64,000 nucleotides of DNA from a virus. Location: IMG/VR virus record IMGVR_UViG_3300024221_000009, positions 1 through 64,000 of that record. One strand, given 5' to 3'. Below, one piece after another: positions 58,766 to 64,000 of this stretch. Numbering within the stretch: the first letter of the stretch is position 1; the number at the start of each line of letters is the position of its first letter. The notes under the pieces are model-generated. The model saw only the letters and a program-made list of their open reading frames with translations. It did not search any database and was not told where the DNA came from. The position numbers and the translations under genes were made by a program.

Positions 58766-60649
58766 ATGGCACTTAAAAAATTAAGAGAACATTTTCAAGA
58801 AACTAATATTAATGAGTTTCATAGATTGTTAAAAAATAGAGTAATGGTTGTTGAAAAAATTTCAGCACCATCTTTTTATGTTAGAAGAAATGAAGAAAAA
58901 TTTGAATTTTATAAATCTTCAAAATCTAAACCTCTAACAATAATAGATAGAACTATTATGTCTCTTTACGAAGTTGCCATTAAACATATACAAAGTTTAA
59001 ATCCTAAAAGTAAAAAACAATTACCAGATAATTATAGATTTGGTTTTGAATATTTACCAGAAGAAAAGGTTTCTGAATATGTATACACTAAAATACCTAA
59101 AAATACTTTAATATTAACGCACATCCACCAACTAGGTGAAAACGGAAAAGTAAAAAAGACAATTATAGATCCTTTAATTATAAAAAAATGGGCTACCGTA
59201 TTAGAAGTACAACAACAAGAAGTTATATTTGACGGAACTTTAGATTCAACTCAAAAAGAAAAGCTTATTAATTTATTAGAAATGAATGATAAAGCTTTTT
59301 CTGAGGCATTTGACTACGATATAGAAACGGATAAATTAGTTTCTTTCACAAAAGAAATATACAAGATATTTAATATTAATTCAACATCAAGCGTTCTTCA
59401 AGAGGATTTAGAATCTGAAATAGATGGTTTAGTTTTAAATTTTGCTGAAGGTAAAAAAATACAATCTTATAAATTAGAAGATTTTATTAGAAAACCTTTA
59501 AATGAAATTAGAGAAGGTTCTCATACATATCAAATAGCAATCGCAGATATATTAGAATATTTTGTTAATTATAATTTTTCAGAAACAAATTTAGTTGAAG
59601 AAAATGCAGAAAAAAGATATATAGAATTAATCTCAGCAGCATTTAACAAATACGTTAATAAAAACGCAACAAGATATATTGGAGTTAATTTCCAAAATGC
59701 AGAATTTTCTTCTTCTAAATTATTTAATTTAAATACAACATTCATTAAAAACGAAAAAACATTAACACATGTTTCAAATGAAGTTTTATCAAGTTTATTT
59801 AAAATAACATTAGGTACTTTTAGAAAGCATAAAACGAAAGCAACAGATATATTAAATGATGATATGATATCTCAATTAAATAATATAGTTGATAAAATCA
59901 ATGATGTTGTTTTTCTAGAAAAAGCAGACGAAAATTCTATATATAATTATAAGAATTTTATGATGCATAACAATATAAAAAGCGAAGTAACTTTAAATGA
60001 AGCGCTAACTGTTAAGCACGCTGAGCAAGGTAAAGAATTAGTAAATATGTTCGTTGGTAGATTTCAGCCATTCACATTAGGACACGCCAAAGTTTTAGAA
60101 GCAATTCACAAACAAAATGGATATCCAGTTATTGTATTTTTAATTAAAGCAAAATCTAAAAAGAAAGGTGACGAATTTAGAAAACCTTATTCTGAAGATT
60201 TACAAATTAAAATGTTTAAACAAGTTCAAAAGCAATATAAATTCTTAAAAGAAATTATAGTTCTTGATAGAGGTGCAATTGATTATATGTTTAACGAATT
60301 AAGACCTAAATACGAGCCAGTACTTTGGGGAACAGGATCAGACAGAATGACTTCTTATGGATATCAAGTAAATAATGATTCTTATAGAGATCAATTAAAT
60401 GTAAGATCCGATTTTGGTTTATTTGAAATACCAAGAACAGATAATAATATTTCAGCAACACAAGTAAGAAACGCAATGTTAGACGGTGATGAATCTTTAT
60501 TTAAAAAGACTACCCCAAAGGCAATTCATAAAATGTATGATGTTTTAAAGTCTGAACTTGAAAAATCTATGGAGATGGTTGCAGCTTCTAAAGTTGTATC
60601 AGAATCCGTTATGACATTTCAAGAATATATGAATAAATTAAAATCATAA
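58766..60649 (+). CDS. degenerate ligase-like domain fused to a HIGH-family (cytidylyl/adenylyl) nucleotidyltransferase
   Basis: VVEKIS and IDGLVL..YKL in the N-terminal part; VGRFQPFTLGH, GSDR and ISATQVR in the C-terminal part. Confidence 0.7.
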   Translation: MALKKLREHFQETNINEFHRLLKNRVMVVEKISAPSFYVRRNEEKFEFYKSSKSKPLTIIDRTIMSLYEVAIKHIQSLNPKSKKQLPDNYRFGFEYLPEEKVSEYVYTKIPKNTLILTHIHQLGENGKVKKTIIDPLIIKKWATVLEVQQQEVIFDGTLDSTQKEKLINLLEMNDKAFSEAFDYDIETDKLVSFTKEIYKIFNINSTSSVLQEDLESEIDGLVLNFAEGKKIQSYKLEDFIRKPLNEIREGSHTYQIAIADILEYFVNYNFSETNLVEENAEKRYIELISAAFNKYVNKNATRYIGVNFQNAEFSSSKLFNLNTTFIKNEKTLTHVSNEVLSSLFKITLGTFRKHKTKATDILNDDMISQLNNIVDKINDVVFLEKADENSIYNYKNFMMHNNIKSEVTLNEALTVKHAEQGKELVNMFVGRFQPFTLGHAKVLEAIHKQNGYPVIVFLIKAKSKKKGDEFRKPYSEDLQIKMFKQVQKQYKFLKEIIVLDRGAIDYMFNELRPKYEPVLWGTGSDRMTSYGYQVNNDSYRDQLNVRSDFGLFEIPRTDNNISATQVRNAMLDGDESLFKKTTPKAIHKMYDVLKSELEKSMEMVAASKVVSESVMTFQEYMNKLKS

Positions 60650-60696
60650 ATAAATAAAGAATATATAATCTTATAATATAAAACAAAATAAAAGTC

Positions 60697-62907
60697 ATGG
60701 ATAAATCACACTTTAATCAAGATGATAGAGTAGATGAAGGGAAAATAACAATAAAAAGACGTTATACTGAAAACTACCCTGCAAAAACTGTTGGTAAATC
60801 AGCAAAAATAAGAAACAAAATGTTGGAAGCAATTTCGGACGGGGCTATTACCCAAGAAGAATTTGATTCTATCATAGCAGAATTATCATCTGATTCAAAA
60901 AGATGGTTATCTCGTAATTCTAGGTTATTTAATATTACAGAGGCTGGAATAACATTAACAGGGTTAGGTAGAAAGATTTTATCTCAAATTACAGTAAATG
61001 AAAAAACAGAAAAGAATCCAGAAATATGGGTTCCTGGAAAATTTGATAAAGAAGTTTCTAAATTATCAGCTGATGAATTAACACTAGACAATATAAAAAA
61101 ATTATCAAAAAAACATAGAGTATTTTTACAAGATGCAATAGCGTATGTTGAATATAGCTTCGATGTTGATATTGTAGAAAATAAAGAAAATAATATGAAA
61201 ACAAAATTAGTATTTGAATCTTTCGGAGATTTTGTAAACTCATTAGATAAAAATAATGAAGAATTAAACGAAGGCACTAGAGGCCAATTCGGAATGATTG
61301 ATAAAAAAGGAAATATACAGTCAGTATATATGCATTATGATTCATATCCTGAAAACATTCTACCATTAATAAAAAGAGGTTACGGAAACTCTAAAAAAGT
61401 ACAAGCAGTTATTGATAGAGGAGATACTTCTGGATTAGATAAAACAGTTGATACTATGAATTTCTATGAAGATGGTAGAAAGCCAACTTCAGGTAAAAAA
61501 GCAGACATTGCACGTTATATTAAAAAAGCAGCTGATGATGGTGGAGCAGAATACATCTATTTATATGATGAGTCTGATAAAACTTGGTACATGGTTGATG
61601 TTTATGGAGACATGCAATTAGTTCCTGCATTTGAATCAGTAATTAATGAAGCTGTAAACGCAACTGCTTATATTAAAGCTGGTAAATTAGGTTATAATGA
61701 TCAATTCTTAGCAAAGAGATCTTTATCATGGACATTATCAGTTGACTTAGGTCTAAAAGCATCTGATGAATTTGTCGGACCATGGTTAGGATTCGATTAT
61801 GTATCATTATATGCTATTGGTAAAAAAGGAGGAACAATTATTGATGATGCCTTAACTGGTAAATATACTTATGACGAATTAAAAGCAGCAGCAGCTGATT
61901 TTTTAGGTATTAAAGAATCAGAAGAAGCTTTAGGTGAATCAGAAGATACTGAACTTAATGAAGCATTTAAATCTTCTAAATTAAGAAATTTAGTAAATAT
62001 GGATCAATCACAACGTGATGGATATGGTAAAGCAAGAAATTTAGCAGCTGCTATTTATGGATTATCAAAACTAAAATTAGATAAAATTGAAGATTCTTCT
62101 TTAATTGATGTAGATCCTAAAGAAGCTTATAAAAAATATCAAAACAATAGAGACTATTTAGTTTTTTATATAGTAGACAACGAAAAAGAAAATGAATACA
62201 GCAAAGGTTCATTTACATCATTAATAAAACCAGGTATTTTAGCTTTAACCAGAGGAAAAGACTTTTTATCAGTTCAATATGTTCAATCTAGAAATAGATC
62301 AGTTGATCGTACTTTAGGAAAAGATGATGGTAATGCAATTGGTGGTAATAAAAGATATTCTGGATATGATGCATCGGGTATTTCTTCAGTTGTAAGAGCT
62401 TCTAAATTAGCAGACAGAGCAATTGTAATTGATATTGTTAATGGTGGCGAAACTTCAAAAGAAGAAAGAAACGAAAGAGCAAGAGCAAAAGAAGGAGCTT
62501 TAGCTTTTAAATCTGACGCAGACTTTAAGAAAGCTAACAAGGCAAGATACCAAGAAATCTTATCAACTAAAGCTTCTAAGTTACCTCTTGATAAAATGGT
62601 TAATGACGCTATTGATGATTTAGGAAATCAAATTAAAGATGGTCTTAAGGCTAATAAAAAGACAGAATACGGAGAGCTTAAAATTGGAGAAAATTCTAAA
62701 GGTAGAGCAGTTAAAATCACAGATGCTTCAAACCACATGGGTAGAATCTTATCTGATTATCAAAGATATGTTGAATACATGGTAAAAGCAGAAGAAGAAA
62801 AAGGTAGAGATTATTCATCAGGATATTACGAAAAGAATTCAAAACAATACGCTAAAGATATTAAAGATGCAGTTAAAAAAATACCTACGTTCGATTACGC
62901 TTGGTAA
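60697..62907 (+). CDS. modular polyprotein 2
   Basis: Segments delimited by VDE|G, VNE|K, LNE|G, ESVINE|A, ES..ELNE|A; late motif at 60659. Confidence 0.65.
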   Translation: MDKSHFNQDDRVDEGKITIKRRYTENYPAKTVGKSAKIRNKMLEAISDGAITQEEFDSIIAELSSDSKRWLSRNSRLFNITEAGITLTGLGRKILSQITVNEKTEKNPEIWVPGKFDKEVSKLSADELTLDNIKKLSKKHRVFLQDAIAYVEYSFDVDIVENKENNMKTKLVFESFGDFVNSLDKNNEELNEGTRGQFGMIDKKGNIQSVYMHYDSYPENILPLIKRGYGNSKKVQAVIDRGDTSGLDKTVDTMNFYEDGRKPTSGKKADIARYIKKAADDGGAEYIYLYDESDKTWYMVDVYGDMQLVPAFESVINEAVNATAYIKAGKLGYNDQFLAKRSLSWTLSVDLGLKASDEFVGPWLGFDYVSLYAIGKKGGTIIDDALTGKYTYDELKAAAADFLGIKESEEALGESEDTELNEAFKSSKLRNLVNMDQSQRDGYGKARNLAAAIYGLSKLKLDKIEDSSLIDVDPKEAYKKYQNNRDYLVFYIVDNEKENEYSKGSFTSLIKPGILALTRGKDFLSVQYVQSRNRSVDRTLGKDDGNAIGGNKRYSGYDASGISSVVRASKLADRAIVIDIVNGGETSKEERNERARAKEGALAFKSDADFKKANKARYQEILSTKASKLPLDKMVNDAIDDLGNQIKDGLKANKKTEYGELKIGENSKGRAVKITDASNHMGRILSDYQRYVEYMVKAEEEKGRDYSSGYYEKNSKQYAKDIKDAVKKIPTFDYAW

Positions 62908-62908
62908 T

Positions 62909-64000
62909 ATGAAAACAATGTATACATCATTTAGCGAATTTTCAAGAGGGATTAAAGAAAACATTTCACCAGAAAGTATTGGAGGAATGGGAGATGTTAT
63001 ATTACCGAATGGTGATGAACTAGGTTCTGGCGATATTCCTTCTGAAGAAGATGATGAAAATAAAGAAAAAATAAATACAAAATCTATGGATTTTAATAGT
63101 TTTATAAACAAATCAACGGTTAGTAAATTAGTCATTGAGAAATCAGCAACAGATACTCTAGCGGATGATGTTTCTGGAGAATTATATATTGCAAAACTTA
63201 AAGGCAAGTCAGCTACTATTAAAGCAACGACTACGACAAAGACATGGGATGATGGAGTCCCGGTATTAAAGTATTTAGCAAGAGGTAAAAGTAAATCAAT
63301 GTCTTTTGATTTATATCAAAGACCTTTTCAAGTGGTACACGACTATGCACATGGCTGGTGGTACTTCACAGATGGTGGAAAATGGTACGGATTGCACGTA
63401 AGCGACGGTTATAGTGAAGCTGCTGATTTACCATTCGATATGCAAATTCCAGAAAACAAAATACAAGAAGGTGTTATGTCTGACATTCACCAAATGATAG
63501 GTAATCATAAAACTTTTGATTCATTTCAAAAAGAATTCTTTAAAGAATATGGAGATAATAAAGCTATGAAAAAAACCAAAGACTTTTTAGAATGGCTAGA
63601 AGCTTTATATTCAGATTCACAATATGCAGTATCTGAGGCAAGACCAGGTACTTACACGTACCAAATGGATAGTGAAGGAAATACTAGAAAAGTATTACCG
63701 CCATATTATGGTAATTCAGAACTTCATGATAAATCAAAAGAACTATTTAAAAAACCATGGAAAAAGCTTAGTGATAAACAACAAGATGAAGTTTTAGCAG
63801 CCTTTGAAATAGTTGAAGCAAGATCAATTGCAAAAATACAAAAAGAATATGGAAGTGTAGTAACTGATATGAAAGATCTTGTTAAAGATTATGTAAAAAT
63901 GTCAGATGATAATTCTGAAAAAGCTAAGACAAGACAATTACTTATAGATTTAACTTCTAAGAAAAAATCATTAATGTCAGAATTAGATGACGCAGTAGGT
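62909..64000 (+). CDS. modular polyprotein 3, 3'-truncated by the window (not in ORF track)
   Basis: ATG 62909, open for 364 codons to the window end; MKTMYTSFSEF..IKE; IQE|G, VSE|A, IVE|A. Confidence 0.75.
   Translation, partial: MKTMYTSFSEFSRGIKENISPESIGGMGDVILPNGDELGSGDIPSEEDDENKEKINTKSMDFNSFINKSTVSKLVIEKSATDTLADDVSGELYIAKLKGKSATIKATTTTKTWDDGVPVLKYLARGKSKSMSFDLYQRPFQVVHDYAHGWWYFTDGGKWYGLHVSDGYSEAADLPFDMQIPENKIQEGVMSDIHQMIGNHKTFDSFQKEFFKEYGDNKAMKKTKDFLEWLEALYSDSQYAVSEARPGTYTYQMDSEGNTRKVLPPYYGNSELHDKSKELFKKPWKKLSDKQQDEVLAAFEIVEARSIAKIQKEYGSVVTDMKDLVKDYVKMSDDNSEKAKTRQLLIDLTSKKKSLMSELDDAVG

Noticed and set aside
1653-63207. All minus-strand ORFs in the track (e.g. 54860-55414, 34178-34552, 62839-63207)
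   Set aside because: They are antisense shadows of long + strand genes, with Ser/Leu/Phe-rich composition and no recognisable motifs
1-64000. Stop-codon reassignment as in some large Bacteroidota phages
   Set aside because: Long genes are intact in the standard code and TAG terminates genes at sensible positions (e.g. 2857, 4089, 5188)
1-64000. tRNA, rRNA, introns or inteins
   Set aside because: Intergenic gaps are short and AT-rich with no cloverleaf seen; the enzymes have normal lengths with no intein or homing-endonuclease motifs. A covariance-model scan would be needed to exclude small RNAs

Overview
AT-rich, densely coding 64-kb segment of a large T4-like (myovirus-type) bacteriophage, with essentially all real genes on the + strand and the standard genetic code. 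The host is probably Bacteroidota/Flavobacteriia, inferred from Bacteroidota-type bS21 and bS1 genes, SD-less A-rich start regions and TAnnTTTG-like promoters. Layout: (1) 1-12.8 kb, accessory/host-takeover genes (exonuclease, glycosyltransferase, DnaJ, three 'EEYEKC' UVR-like paralogues, ribosomal protein bS21, PhoH, RNase HII, UvsE, dCMP deaminase). (2) 12.9-49.4 kb, tail/baseplate/neck/fibre module with an embedded 4-domain bS1-like gene and an amidoligase-like gene. (3) 49.4-54.6 kb, replication/recombination genes (RuvC-like, gp32 SSB, gp61 primase, UvsY, UvsW). (4) 54.7-64 kb, a cluster of probable head-packaged proteins. The most striking feature is a set of modular polyproteins (54678-57098, 60697-62907, 62909->64000). 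They are strings of unrelated small domains separated by a recurring E-S-x-V-[TNS]-E-A linker, also conserved at the DNA level, that resembles a prohead-protease site. Most carry a T4-like capsid-targeting N-terminus. This suggests a shufflable, protease-released 'injected cargo' array. Three promoter classes, candidate leaderless mRNAs and T4-style translational control hairpins are also visible. All family assignments come from motif recognition by eye; no database searches were run.
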